Shown here in pieces: positions 39,591 through 52,674 of a DNA stretch of 64,000 nucleotides; within the stretch, counting starts at the first letter, position 1; the number at the start of each line of letters is the position of its first letter. The DNA is taken from positions 12,278,001 to 12,342,000 of the forward strand of contig CM075988.1 in assembly GCA_038087875.1 (NCBI GenBank), in the 5' to 3' direction. A program made the position numbers and the translations under genes. Source of the DNA: Malacoraja senta (lineage: Eukaryota). The notes below the pieces were generated by a model that saw only the letters and a list, made by a program, of their open reading frames with translations, was not told where the DNA came from and ran no database searches.

Positions 39591-39894
39591 CACAATTACA
39601 TGTACCACAACACTGAAGCCACCATTGCCCTTAAAGCAGCACACATACAATTTAAATAGATATGCACATACCACGTTGCTTTCTCCTTAATAAGAACACA
39701 TACAGATTTAGTCGCTTCTCTGATTTCCTTATTCGTTGAGAGCTCTTCAAAGGTGTTGGTTTGTTGCCTTTGCTGAACGTCCCCTGGAGGTGGGGGCGAT
39801 TACTACCTGACCAACCATATCTGATTTACTGATATTATCTTTCTGGCCTGCAAGCCAATAAACATCTTTAGTCAAAACGTTAACTCGTCTGCTG

Positions 39895-40375
39895 GCTACA
39901 GTTTTGGTCACCATGCTGCAGGAAGAACAGAGGGAAAGAGCAGAAGTGATTCACCAGGATGCTGCCTGGCAATGAGGGTTTGGCTAGGCTAGATTTATTC
40001 TCACTGTAATGAAAGAGACTGAGAGGTGACCATACAGAGGCTTATAAAATTATGAGTGGCAATAATTAGATATATTGATTCCTTTCCCCAGGGCACATTT
40101 GTTTAGAGCGCAGGTTTAACGTGAGAGAGGAGATATTTAAAAATCTGAGGTATAGCTTTTTTACAACATTTTTACTAATGTTGATTATCAGGAATAAGTT
40201 GGCAGAGGAGATGGTGGAGGCAGATAGTATTATGACAATTCATATACATTTGGACAGGTATATGGACAGGAAAGCAATAGAGGCATACAGGCCTAAAACA
40301 GGCAAATGTGATTCTTATGGACAGGCATCACAGTTGGCAAGTGCTGTAAGAGCCTGCTTTTGGGCTGCACTTTTC
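39895..40375 (+). mobile_element. Degraded CR1 3' fragment
   Basis: TTCACCAGGATGCTGCCTGG and CTGAGAGGTGACC..AGAGG..TATAAAATTATGAG motifs. Confidence 0.6.
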
Positions 40376-41189
40376 CACAAATTCACTAGAAATCTGATTT
40401 CCTCGATTGATTTTCATGTCTCAACCTCCCTTTGAATTATCTCATGTCCTTTAATGGATCTCTACAGTATGGTTCTGATATTTTCAAATTATGACAGTCA
40501 ATTTTTTATGTGTAGGAAAGAACAAAATGACACAAAATGCTGTGTCTCCCTTCGATTTAAACCAGCATCTGCAGTACTTTCCTACACACTCTGTAGTTAC
40601 AATGTTGTATTAGAATTAAAATTGAAAGAAAAGTATCTGATTGAACTACTGACTTACCCTATGACCCATTGGTCCAAGATAACTATTTCACTTCATCTTT
40701 ATAACCCAGTGATATCTCCCAAATGTTTTTATTGTATAATGTTGATACCAATGAAATATTTGGACAGAGGACAACGTTTGGTCATTGAGGAAGCAGTAAC
40801 GTAAAGGAGAAATGGGTGCAATAAGTGAATTCCAGCACTTAGGATCTGGAAAGATAATGAATTGGAAATTAATGTCAGGGAGATATTTGAGACACCAATT
40901 AGAAGAGTAGGAAGATCGAGGAGGATAGTAGACCTGATAGTGACAATGGAGACGGGAACAAAAGCTTTTCACTGTACCTTGGTACACATGATAATAAATT
41001 AAACTAAATTAGAACTAAATTAAAAAGAGACTATGGAGGGTTATTAAAAACAGAGTGGGACATTGTTTATTAGGATGAGGTGAGGGGTGGAGGGATTAAA
41101 TTTTAAAAGCAACTGGGTAAAAGATAGATCTCAGAATTCAGAATTGTCTGGAGGGTAGGCTAAAGATTGGTGTTAAGGTTGGTAATTCA

Positions 41190-42814
41190 CAGGGCCGGAT
41201 TTAGATGAAGAGAGGCTATTCCACTTGTGAGGCCTCTCCCAATCCCCCACCCCCATGACGAGAGGAAGATGGAAGAGTCCACCAGATTGACACCGATGTG
41301 CAGCCGAGCGTGGCCAATGAGATAAGGGCTGGAAAGCTGCACTTTTTATTTATTTATTTATTGCCAGTGCTAGTGTTGAGTTATTGGCTTAAAACACTAT
41401 TATTCTGAAATGGAGGGCAAGGAAAATTACTGAAGTGTTGTTTAGAGACTACAGTGCGTTGTGACAGCATATGTAAGAAAGGCCTATGACAGTCAAAAAT
41501 ATTATACACCAGGCCCGAAGCTTTTCAAAAAGGGGGGTGGCATGGCAGGATTTCAAAAATTATATGTAAAATAAGTGCACGCAGCGCATATCAAATGCGC
41601 AATGCTCAAAGTCCCTTGCGGCCGAGGTCCAGGGCCCACTTAAAGGCCCTGGAAGCTCTGGGGTTTTAAATGCTCTCTATTGCATTCTGAGCCTTATTTT
41701 GGAGCATTTTTGCACCAAATTTATGACCAATATTTCAGAATTAATTTTGGTTGAGACAAGAGTAATTAGTGGTTGGAATGGGATGATTGGAGTCATTGTT
41801 GTATACATTTTTTTAAATCAAGAATTAAAGTTGTCCTTTTAATAATCAAGTTGTACTGTAAAATGTTATGTAAAATGATATAAAGGAGCATGCAAACTGC
41901 AGATAAAATACTGTAAGTTTTTGCAGTAAATAAAACCTTTTTTTAAGAAAATGTTTTGTGTGTTGATTTGATTGCCTGTTACTGTTCGACTGTGTTAGTG
42001 TGTGCACATTAAAAATATGATGCAAAAATTCGCAAACTATGGAATTCATATTTTTCAGTATAGTTATCAAGGAAAATAAAGCAGTTCCAATTGTTTGATA
42101 TTATTCATATGGAGGAGAAAATATAATTGCTCTAAAACTTACCATAATTTTGCAAACTCACTAAAGATAATCCCCCTTTCCCACTCCCCCTCCTCCTCCC
42201 CCTCCCTCTCCCTCTCTCTCCCTCCCCATCTCTCTCCCCCCTCCCCCCTCCCCTCTCTCTCCCCCTCCCCCTCTCTCTTTCTCCCCCTCCCCTCCCTTTC
42301 TCTCCCCCCTCTGTCTCTCCCCCTCCCTCTCTCACATCCCCCCCTCTCTCTCCATCCCTCCCCCTCTCTCTTCCTCCCATGCAGCGAGGCTCCAACTCCG
42401 CGCTGCAGACACTGCAGCACCCCCTAGCCTGGAGAAACGGGCACTCCTGCAACGCAATATTCCACTACTTACCTAGAGTAGACACGAGGCATTGAGGTGA
42501 TTGTGTGGAGTGCAAATGGAGATCTGAACCCGCCCAGACCCACTGCGCAGAGAGACAGCATCATTTTGCATTGCTACTGCGTCACCAGCTTCCCCCAACT
42601 GCGCAGGCGCGGATGGTCGCAATTTTTCCCCCCAAAACTTCCAGCAGGCCCGAACCAGAATTTTGGGTAATTTCCGTCAAAGTGGAAACGCTCCAATTTT
42701 TTTTTTCTCGGGATTCTTTTTACTCTGGGGGAAAAAAAAATCTTGGCCGGTGGCCCCCCAGATTTTGAGGCCCTAGGCTTCAGCCTATGAAGCCTATAAG
42801 TAAATCCAGCTCTG
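41190..42814. mobile_element. Non-autonomous hAT-superfamily DNA transposon
   Basis: Perfect 8-bp TSD GTAATTCA at 41182-41189 and 42815-42822. TIRs CAGGGCCGGATTTA and TAAATCCAGCTCTG. No transposase ORF. Confidence 0.85.
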
Positions 42815-43799
42815 GTAATTCATTGTATGTAAGCAATGTGAAACGAATAGATAGCCAGCAAGGAGAGGACGGAGGAAGAGAGCAAGAGCAGTATCTTAAC
42901 TGTCAGTGATTATTCTGCAATACTGTGATAACATATCAGGCGAAGAAGAAAACAAGACTGTTGCTGTTCTTTCTTATTCGGTGTTCAAGGTGCCTTTTTA
43001 TGTCTGGTGATAGTCAGCCTGTGTGCAATGGTTTAGTGTCAGTTTGAATCTACATATTTGTAGAGAAGTTGTTAAAAACAAGAAGCCAAGCAGTTTATCA
43101 ATGTGCCAATCTACTGCTGGGACCAGCTGGGGTCTAAACCAGAATAATAAAGCTTTGACAAATTTACAGCTTCTTGCTAAAAGTTTTTTATTTAGTTTCC
43201 AAGGACGGCAGACTATGTCATGGTCATTGTTTTGTGCCTCATACTTGTTTCTTTTTAATGAGCAATAAACTAACCTTCACTTCACGAGACATTGGAAATC
43301 TTTGGGTTTTGTGGAATTTTTGTAGCTTCTCTATGGCAATGATCCTTTGCGTTTCTTGACTTAAAGAAGACAAGAATAATTTTGAACTATAAATAACTTT
43401 GGTGCATATGTGTTGCTGCAGAAGAGTTTTTTTTTTTTAACAACACGTGGACAAGAGAAATTGGAAGGAATTATCATGTTTGCATAAACTTGTAATGAGG
43501 TCTAAGTATGTTAAGAGGGCAAATAACCACTTGGAAGAAGCCAGTGAAATAGTTGTATTGGAAATAAGAATGAAGCTTTCAATTTTTAGCTTTTCCACCA
43601 TTTTTTTCCACCAAACATTCTCCAGTTGGGTGCATCAGCATGACGGACAACTAATTTGTAAATATTTCCTTACAGCATAGAAAGAAACAATTCAATCAAT
43701 TCCATTTTGCTAATTCCCCAATCTCTCTCACAAAACCATCACATTATTACTGCCTCATCCCTGATATTCATGCAACCCACTTGTACTCAGTGGGTAATT

Positions 43800-44845
43800 C
43801 ACAGTGGTGCAGCTGGTAGAACTGCTATCTGGCAGTGCCAGAGGACCAGGTTCGATCCTGACCTTGGCTGCTGTCTGTGTGGAATTTGCACGTTCCCCCT
43901 GTGATCACGTGGATTTCATTTAGGAGCCCCAGTTACCTCCCACATCCCAAAGATATAAAGGGTTTGTAAGTTCATAAGATCGTAAGTCATCGGAGCAGAA
44001 TTAGACCATTCGGCCCATCAAGTCTATTTCGCCATTCAATCATGGCTGATCTATCTCTCCCTCCTAAGTTATTTGGCCTCTACAAATTGCTCATGGTGTG
44101 TAGGCTCCCCATTGGATTGCAACCTTGTCATGGTTGGGGAGCTTGTGTGTCTCAGTGACCCCTAGAGCTATGCCAGCAGGAGATTCGTCTCCTGTTAGGG
44201 TCCCCTATGCTGGACAGGTCGAAGGGTAGAGGCGAAACAAAGAGCGATCCACTGGTCCTCCAGGTTGGAGGTTGAGCACAGAGCTAACAACCCTGTCTTG
44301 TAAAACAAATATGTTACGGAAACAGCAACTGAAGGAATCAACACTACTGAGTGGAGGACCTTCGTTGCTGCCCTACATGCCAGGAGTCATAATAGGCAGA
44401 ATGATGATGAAATGATGTGTAGGGAGTGTAAACATAGAATTAGTGTAAATGGGTGATCGATTGTCAGTGTATTGGTACCTGTGCAAAGTACTTATGATAC
44501 AAAGTCATTATATATCATAACAAGTACTTTAATTTGTATACATACAGAGACCATCGAGATGAGTACTGTAGGCTCCGAATCGTAAGTTAAAACTAAAAAA
44601 CAACATGGCTGCCCGCTTGCCACAAGGTGGTGGTGATGTGGAAAACCTGACATGGATTATGGATCAGGTCATCAGCAGCAAAAACAGACATGGAACAAAT
44701 CAGCAATACTGTTTGATCTACATCCTCCTTCTTGGGCTTTTGCCCAAAGGGCAAACAAAAAAACATGCAGGAGTCTACAATACCAAGTCAGACTCGGTGG
44801 GCCGAAAAGCCAGTTTCCATGACTTGTCTTTCAATTCAATTCAGT
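43800..44845 (+). mobile_element. HE1-type SINE split by three insertions
   Basis: Head 43800-43970, middle pieces at about 44067-44104 and 44412-44470, tail GACTCGGTGGGCCGAA at 44791. Confidence 0.7.
44105..44411 (+). mobile_element. Bipartite non-autonomous RTE element (5' UTR fused to the extreme 3' end)
   Basis: TSD ATG(G/A)TGTGTAGG at 44093-44104 and 44412-44423. RTE-type 5' UTR motifs (CCTTGTC.TGG...GGGAGCTTG...GAGCTATGCC; GGTTG...CTAACAACCC...GTAAAA). The 3' end encodes WRTFVAALHA and ends in (ATG)n. Confidence 0.75.
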
Positions 44846-44999
44846 TCAAAATTAACCTGTTAACCAGGATGTCTGTAGAATGTAGCAGGAAACCAGAGAA
44901 AGAGAGGACCTACGGGGGACCTGCATATTCCTAATTGACGACAGAGGTCAGGATTGAAGCTGGGTCTCTGGATTAATTAAGCTGTAACACTACCACACT

Positions 45000-45292
45000 T
45001 TTTTGTTTTAGAGATTCAGCGGTGAAACAGGCTGTTCAGCCCATCGAGTCCACACTGACCATCGATCACCCATACACTAGTTCTCAGTTATCCCACTTTC
45101 ACTTCTGACACATATGGGGCAATTAGCAGAAGCCCACAAATCAGCACATCTTTGGAATGTGGGAGGAAACCGGAGCATCCAGAGGAAATCCACGTAGTCA
45201 CAGGGATCGCGTCCAAATTCCACGCAGACAGCACCCATAGTCAGGATCGAACCCGGGTCTCTGGCGCTGTGAGATAACAGCTCTATCACTTT
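45000..45292 (-). mobile_element. HE1-type SINE
   Basis: B box GGTTCGATCC on the minus strand and V domain. Confidence 0.8.
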
Positions 45293-47049
45293 GCCTCTTT
45301 GGCAGACACATAGAATAGAACTTCAAATGACCTGGTACAAATCTTTTCCTGTGTGCAGATAGCCCTCTGGGACAAACGGGGAAATGAAAGTCTGACACGG
45401 GTGTAATATTGGACATCAGCCCCGATAAGAATTATAGAATGTGACCATCTCTGTACATGATGATGTTGTAAATGGTTCGGTGCAGAACTGATCAGAACTG
45501 ATCTGTGCAAATGACTGTTAGGCAATTGTCCTTCACTGAACTTTGCAACCCTTAGTGGTGCACCTTTCCTCTTAATCATAATCACTATTTACCTGTATCT
45601 TAGAGAGGCTGGTTAAGACAGAAAAGAACAGATAATGTCCCAGTCGATGATTCACTGTAAATTATACTGTTGTATCATCTGTTGTCCAATGCTACAATAG
45701 CTTCATCTATGAGGTACTGATAACACAATAACATTGTTTTGTGATTGAAAGATGCTATGACAGATGCCTGACAACATTGTTATGGAAGTTGTATTTTGAA
45801 TAATCTGTCAGAAAATTATTCTTTATCACTGAAAACATCACTTGTATTGTGATGCAGGTTTAATATTCTATTATTCATAACTACCATTTTTCATTTACGT
45901 TTTATTTTCTCTTTGCTGCGTGTTGCCTTATTTTCTTTCTTCCAGGAAGCAATGTTAGGTGAGATAAGTGGTTCCCATGAAAATCCTTTCTCCCTCATTA
46001 TATCTGCTTCGTGACAATTGAGAATGCCATCCAAGGGATGACTTTACTCAGGCACTGCTGCGGCAACATTTGGAAATAAGTCTTCATAGGAAACATAAAC
46101 CATGTGGAATTTATTTTGAAAAAAAGTCAGTGCTGGAGGAACCCCACAAGTCAGGCATCATTTGTGGAGGTAACTGGACAGACAACATTTCGGGTCAGGA
46201 TTAGTCTGAATATGGATCCCATGCTGAAACAGTGTCAGTCTATTGCCCTCACAGGTGCTGTCTGAGCCACTGAATTCCTCCAGCAGTTTGCTGTTCACAC
46301 AAGCTTCTAGCATCTGCAGTTTCTTATGTCTCCATGGTAACAACATAAGTTTAATAAGTGAGCTCACAATATATAACATAATATATTTTGTTGTAAAAGA
46401 GTAATATTTAGTCTAAATTAACTTATCTCTGGTTAACAAACCATGATGGATCTTTCTCTCGACTGCAAACATAGTTTGAAGTACATCATTTAATTGCTTC
46501 GAACTGTTATGGAATAGCAGTATTATCTTCAAAGGTTGAAAGGGTTTATTGATAATAAATTAATCCTTGGACCATTTGCAACATATTTAAAGAGTGAGGT
46601 GAGATTATTTGTTGGATGAGGAGATCAGCTGAATAAATATTATTAAATGTCTTTCAGTTAAGCGCATTTTAGGTTGAGGGTGTGAGTCTTGGGAAGAAAT
46701 CACATTGCATTGTAATATGTCATGCAGCCACTTATATATAAAAAAATAAAACTGCAGCCTCTGAGACCTTTCCAGCGATGTGAAAAATGTCATAATACTT
46801 CTTGCCAAAGAATACAAAGTTCTATTAAAAAAATGTTCTTGCTAACTGCATTAATAGAACATCTACCAAAGGTCAATGGAAGTATTGCTGTGTTGGACAC
46901 ACAGCAAAGTCCCAGGAAGTTGACAAAGGGTTTTGAAGAAAAATTGCGGTAATATGCTTTAATTTGTAAACAAGCATGGAATTGGATTCACTGGTCATGG
47001 AACAGGTGTTGTACAATGTATCATGAGATGAACAAGGATTGGTTGAAAA

Positions 47050-47186
47050 TATGACAGAAAGTGCTGGAGTAACTCTGCAAGGCAGGCAACATCTCTGAAG
47101 AACATCGATAGGTGATGTTTCTGGTCGGGACCCAAAACCTCTGAAGAAGGGTCCTGACCTGAAACGTCACCTCTCCATGTTCTCCT
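47050..47186. mobile_element. Penelope-derived palindrome split by an HE1 SINE (resumes at about 47479-47560)
   Basis: CTGAAGAAGGGTCCTGACCTGAAACGTCACC at 47141; the arm continues GAGATGCTGCTTGACC after the SINE. Confidence 0.7.
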
Positions 47187-47189
47187 CGG

Positions 47190-47478
47190 GGCGGCACAGT
47201 GGGGCAATGGTGCAGCGGTAGAGTTGCTGCGTACAGTGCCAGAGACCAGGGTTCAATCCCAACTACGGGTGCTGTCTGTATGGAGTTTGTACATTGTACA
47301 ACTCCGGGTACTCCAGTTTCCCCCACATCCCAAAGATGTGCAGGTTTGTAGGTTAATTAGCTTCTGTGAAAATTGTCCCTCATGTGCAGGATAGTGCTAG
47401 TGTTCTGAGTGATTGTGGACTGGTGTGGACTCGGTGGGCCAAAGGGCCTGTTTCTGTGCTGTATCTCGAAACTAAACT
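47190..47478 (+). mobile_element. HE1-type SINE
   Basis: GGTGCAGCGGTAGAGTTGCTG head and AAACTAAACT tail. Confidence 0.8.
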
Positions 47479-49514
47479 GAGATGCTGCTTGACCTGCTGG
47501 ATTACTCCAGCACGTTGTGTCTTTTTTTGTAAACCAGCATCTGCAGTTCCATGTTCTACATTTTGGTTGAAAAGATCCCGCTTTTGTTCTTCAACAGGGT
47601 GAAGTGTTCATGAGAGGTTTGGAGCTAAACAAAGGTTGAGACCAGTAACACACTGTGACTGGGTAATGTTTTCTTTTTGTGGGATCTACTGACTGGTGCG
47701 CATGCTTCTAATAAATCTGACTAGTCTGCCAACTGCTCAGTATTACTCCAGCATCATATTAAGAATGGGAGGGGAATCCTCTTGGAGAAAGCCTTTGGTC
47801 ATACTTAGAAAAACCTTAGTTCCCAAAAACCTGGCACACAGCATTAAACCGACTAATGAGATTTTTTTCCCCTTGAAAAAGCTTAAAATATTACAATTCA
47901 TATCGCGTTTCTGCAGCCTAACAGCTTTGAGTGTCCAGCTAATGTGATCAGTAAATCTAATTTTTGAACATTAAAAATGTGCGCTGAAATATAACTCATG
48001 GAATATCAATGTAATTTTGAACAAGTTAACAGAATCCATTTTGATGCCAAAGGAAAATCAACCAGAAATTAAGGAGACAAACTATATAGATGGAAATTAG
48101 ATTTTAAACTACTGTCACATATCATTCAACATGTTTTGGATACCTGGAGCCTGTCATTCTAGCAGCAATATCTTGATAATGGGAATATTTAATCACAAAA
48201 CTAATGGAGCAAGACAGATTGTCCAACAACTTGCAACATAAAGTTTAGAGCTTGCTCTAAATGAATTGGAGGATATTCTCTTCAACTTTATTCAGCACAA
48301 ATGATATTCTGTTTCTACCACTGCATTTGAGAACTGGTTGGGAAAAATAGGGTAAAGTGGTGCTTTGATATCATTGAAAAGATCTTTGACGAGTCAGAGC
48401 AGCTCTCAGTAAAATAAGAACTATGATTTGAAAGGTAGGACTGTTTCACTTCTCATCAGACTAATACACCAGAGTAATCATTACTTCCAAGGAGCCGTAC
48501 TACAGAGACTACAAGTTGCTGATATCAATTACTATTTAAAATGTTTACAGGATGTATATTCACTCTTTGGTGAAATGTTGGGAAACAGAGAAAAATGGTC
48601 AAAAGTGAAGAAGATGCATCGAAGTGAAGAGATTTGCAAAGAAATGCTGGAAAAATCTGGGACTAATTAGATAGCTCATTCGAAGCACTGCTACCACCAC
48701 AGATGTCTGTGGAGCTGTCTTCTCAATTGTGTGCTTTTTTTTGTGAGCATTTTCTAAATCATGAACGAAGATGAATTGTTTCAATAAGCTCTGAGGACAA
48801 AGTAATTTCTAGACGTCCAGCATGTTAAGGTGGGAATCTCATCGTGACGAATGTTTTCAGCGAGAAGCAGACACAGTTAAAGCTGCTTTAACATGTGGAT
48901 AGCACTGCGGTAATGTCTGAGAGTTTAAAAGATAGACCTGCAAGTAGAATTATGTCTGTGGATGGCTGGCTTAGGAAAATGAATTCCTCAGTCGAGAATT
49001 GAGTCAGATGTTTACTCAGTAAAAGCTGTACTGACTGAAATTGTGAATTTGTTTAGTGGGTATGGACTTAACAGAAGAATAGGAGATTAAATTAGTTGCA
49101 GTTTTATTGAGCTGCATGTTGGTTATTGTGAGCGACACATAGGTAGAAAAATTGAATTACGTGGGGAGCTCTGCATTGTGGACATCACTTTAGATCTGCT
49201 TTTATCCTATTACGTGATTTATCAGAGTGCAGCTGCAGACAGCAAGAATGAGAGGCAAATGCTGCAAACTATCTGATGGCATGAGGGCATGCTGTGGGTA
49301 AAATGAATCCAGGAGAACTGACATAGAGTGAAGTGCTGAATTGATTGCACTCACTGATTTTGCTGATGTTCCGATAGCCAAGTGACAAAAGTGCTGCAGT
49401 TGCATCTGCTTCAGCCACATCTTATCTTGCATCCAACAAAAACACATGTTTATAAACCAAGCTTGAGGTGTCAAGCCTCTTGTGTGGCCTTTTTTATAGG
49501 GGGGATTTCTCTCT

Positions 49515-49834
49515 GACGGTGGCAGAGCTGGTAGAGCTGCCACCTCACAGCGCCAGGGACCTGGTTTTGATCCTAACATTGGGTGCTGCCTGGGTGGAGT
49601 TTGCACATTTTCCTATTGGCTGCACGGATTTCCTCTCAAGCCTCTGGCTTCCTGTCACATCGCAAAGAGACGTGCGGGTTTGTAGGTGAATTGGCCTTGG
49701 TAAATTGCTGTTTGTGTGTATGAAGTGGATGAGAAAGTGGGATAAAATATAACTAGTGTGAACGGGTGATCGATGGTTGGTGTGGACTTGGTGGGCGGAA
49801 GGGCCAGTTTCCATGTTGTATCTCTAAACTAAAC
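49515..49834 (+). mobile_element. HE1-type SINE
   Basis: Same head, V domain and CTAAACTAAAC tail. Confidence 0.78.
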
Positions 49835-50239
49835 ATATGCCTATCGAGTTTGTATTGAGTGCAGGGTGTGATCAATTGGCCCATTGTTTGCTCTGGGTGA
49901 CCACATTCATAAACAAAGGAGGTTAGACCACTTTGTCCATGTTTGTTTGGATCCTGATTAAAACTGCCCACTTCAGTGTACAGTGGTGAAACCTGGGAGT
50001 CTTGAAGTTATATACACAGTGCTGGAGTAACTTAGTGGATCAGGCAGCTTCTTTGGTGAACAGCGATAGGCAACGTTTCAGGTCCTTCCTCTACATTCCT
50101 TCCTCTAGCTTCGCAATTTGCAATTATTCGATTCGATCTAACACCTTCTATCTTTGCATCTCTGGCCTCTATTCAATCATCTGCCCATCATAAAACCCTC
50201 CTCACCTGTACTGCTAAGTTAGGTGGCAGATGTTGGCAA

Positions 50240-50575
50240 GCATGGATAGAGTGGATGTGGAAAGGATGTTTCCACTGATGGGAGAATCTAGGACCAGAGG
50301 TCATAGCCTCAGATTTAAAGGGAGCTCTTTTAGAAAGGAGGTGAGGAAGAACTTCTTCAGTCAGAGGGTAGTTAATCTGTGGAACTCATTGCCACAGAGG
50401 GCTGTGGAGGCCACGTCGGTGGATATTTTTAAGGCAGAGATAGACAAATTTGTGATTAGAATGTGTGTCAAGGGTTATGGGGAGAAGGCAGGAAAATGGG
50501 ATTAGGAGGCAGAGATCTGCCATGGCGGAGTAGACTTGATGGGCTGCATGGCCTAATTCTACTCCTATAACGTGT
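50240..50575 (+). mobile_element. CR1 LINE 3' fragment inserted into a Penelope remnant (about 50005-50765)
   Basis: DRVDVERMFP..ESRTRGHSL...FFSQRVVNLWNSLP. Confidence 0.85.
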
Positions 50576-51829
50576 GAACATGAAGCTTTGCCCTGCCCCT
50601 CCTCTTTTCCAGGTTTCTTTTTCCCCTTACAATCAGTATGAAGAAGGGTTCCAACCGAAACATCACCCCTCCATGTCCTCCAGAGATATTGCCGGACCCA
50701 CTGAGTTACTGCAGCACGTTGTGTATTTGTTATTTAGTAAACCAGCATCTGTGGCCCCTTGTGCCCAGCCTTGAAGTTAAGTTTGAATGAGTTCTTGTTT
50801 CCGGCCCATGCTTTATTCCGTTCTTCGTCGGTATTGAATCTGTTGAGTCTGACGTGTCTATGAACAGCTGTTTGTTGTGTCAATTCAGAAGGCTTTTACA
50901 GTTCTCATTCCACAGGTGTATATGTCAGGAAAATGCAAAGCAATTATCAGTGCACTCGAGTGAACCTGCTTGGGACTGGGATTCAAGAAAATAAACTTGT
51001 GGTTTATGTTCAGATGCATAAACATTGTCTTCAACACAATCACCCAATTGGACAGGTTTATATTGCAGTTGCCATTTAAGACCTGCAATTAAGGAAGCAA
51101 TGTTGGAATATAATTGTACTGATATGTAAAATAGCTGGTGTTTGATGGTCTAATTATAAGAATAGTCTAATTATTGAGAATAGTTCTGCTTGGAATAATA
51201 TGCAATATATGCCTGACTTACTTGAAAATTGAGGTGTGGTGCTTGCAATATTGGCTAAAGTAATGTAATTGAGAATTAAGCTCAATCGGTACAGATGCTG
51301 CATCTTCAGGGGTAACTCCAATAAGATATTGGCCAGATGTAGGACTTTTGTTGATGTCCACATTGTGCTCATTGGTCTTCGTGGGGCTGTACAATATTGG
51401 GTCCAATGCTAAAGGTAGATGCAGTCTGACTAGTCCTTCAAAATATGTTTGTTAAGAAAGGATTTGATGAATGTGCCAGACTTAATTAATTCTTGTTAAA
51501 TTTTGACAAAGTGGTGGCATTACTCGACCTACAAGAGAACAGCAGTGGCGTGGTGCAAACTAATTGCTGCTTTTGGCACTTTGGACCCTTCCAACTTTGC
51601 ACAGCCTGCCAATTAACATGTCTGCAAAGTTACAGCCAGTTAAGTGGTTCCATTCATCGGCAAGGGACCAAGCAGTGGGAGAGGATGCCGCCTTTTAAGG
51701 CCAGCCAGCGCTAATTAAAACCTCTTAAAAAGAGAGATACCTTGTAGTTGGAGCCAGTGGCAGATATTGACGAGGACATTCATATTGAGACTCAATCATC
51801 CCACTCGGCACTGCGGAATGGTGGCCCTA

Positions 51830-52075
51830 TGGGCGGAACGGTGGCGCAGTGGTAGAGTTGCTGCTTTACAGTGCCAGAGACCCGGGTTTGATCCAGATTA
51901 TGGGTGCTCTCTGTATGGAGTTTGTGCGTTCTCACCGTGACCACGTGGGTGAATTGGCTTCAGTAAAAATTGTAAATTTTCCCTAGTCTGTAGGATGGCG
52001 TTAGTGTACTGGGTGATGGCTGGTTGATGGGACATAGGGCCTGTTTCCACGCTGTATCACTAAACTAAACCAAAC
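51830..52075 (+). mobile_element. HE1-type SINE with an internal deletion
   Basis: GGTGGCGCAGTGGTAGAGTTGCTG head and CTAAACTAAAC tail. Confidence 0.78.
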
Positions 52076-52674
52076 ACTCCTCGTTCCTCACTGGATCTCA
52101 GGCAGGCAGGATCCTTCCACCACAATCTGACCAGAAATGGCCTCTTATTGTTAAAAAAAAACGTTTCTCATTCCCAGCGTAGCCTTTGCATTCTTCCTCT
52201 TTTATAGTTTGTCCCTATTCTGTGTATTCATCCATATTTATTCCCCAAGTTACATGATACATGCAGGGATTACTTTTAGTGCATTCATATCTGAGCAACT
52301 GATTTGTGTACAAGTCTAGAGGTCAACACAAAGTCCTCCTTCATTTGTCATACCAGCCTCTGAGTTTATAACTGGAGAGAGCAGAACACACTTGCTTGAT
52401 CAAACCAACTACCAGTTGTGATCAATCAGCAACTCACATGAAAGTGGTTGATAATTCCTTCAAATGGGGACGAGAGAGAGAGAGATTGAGTATCCTCTGA
52501 TGAATGAATGCTAGATTTTGCATAATTAAGTGGAGATATTAGTTGGAGAGATGAGCTCTAAAATAGCAGTGCTTTTGTCAAATCAACTCTGTTGACTGAT
52601 TGACAATATGGTTGAAGCTAGGAAATAAATTGCAGGCCACCTGGTAGAGGTGTTTATTCCATTGATAGCCATGG

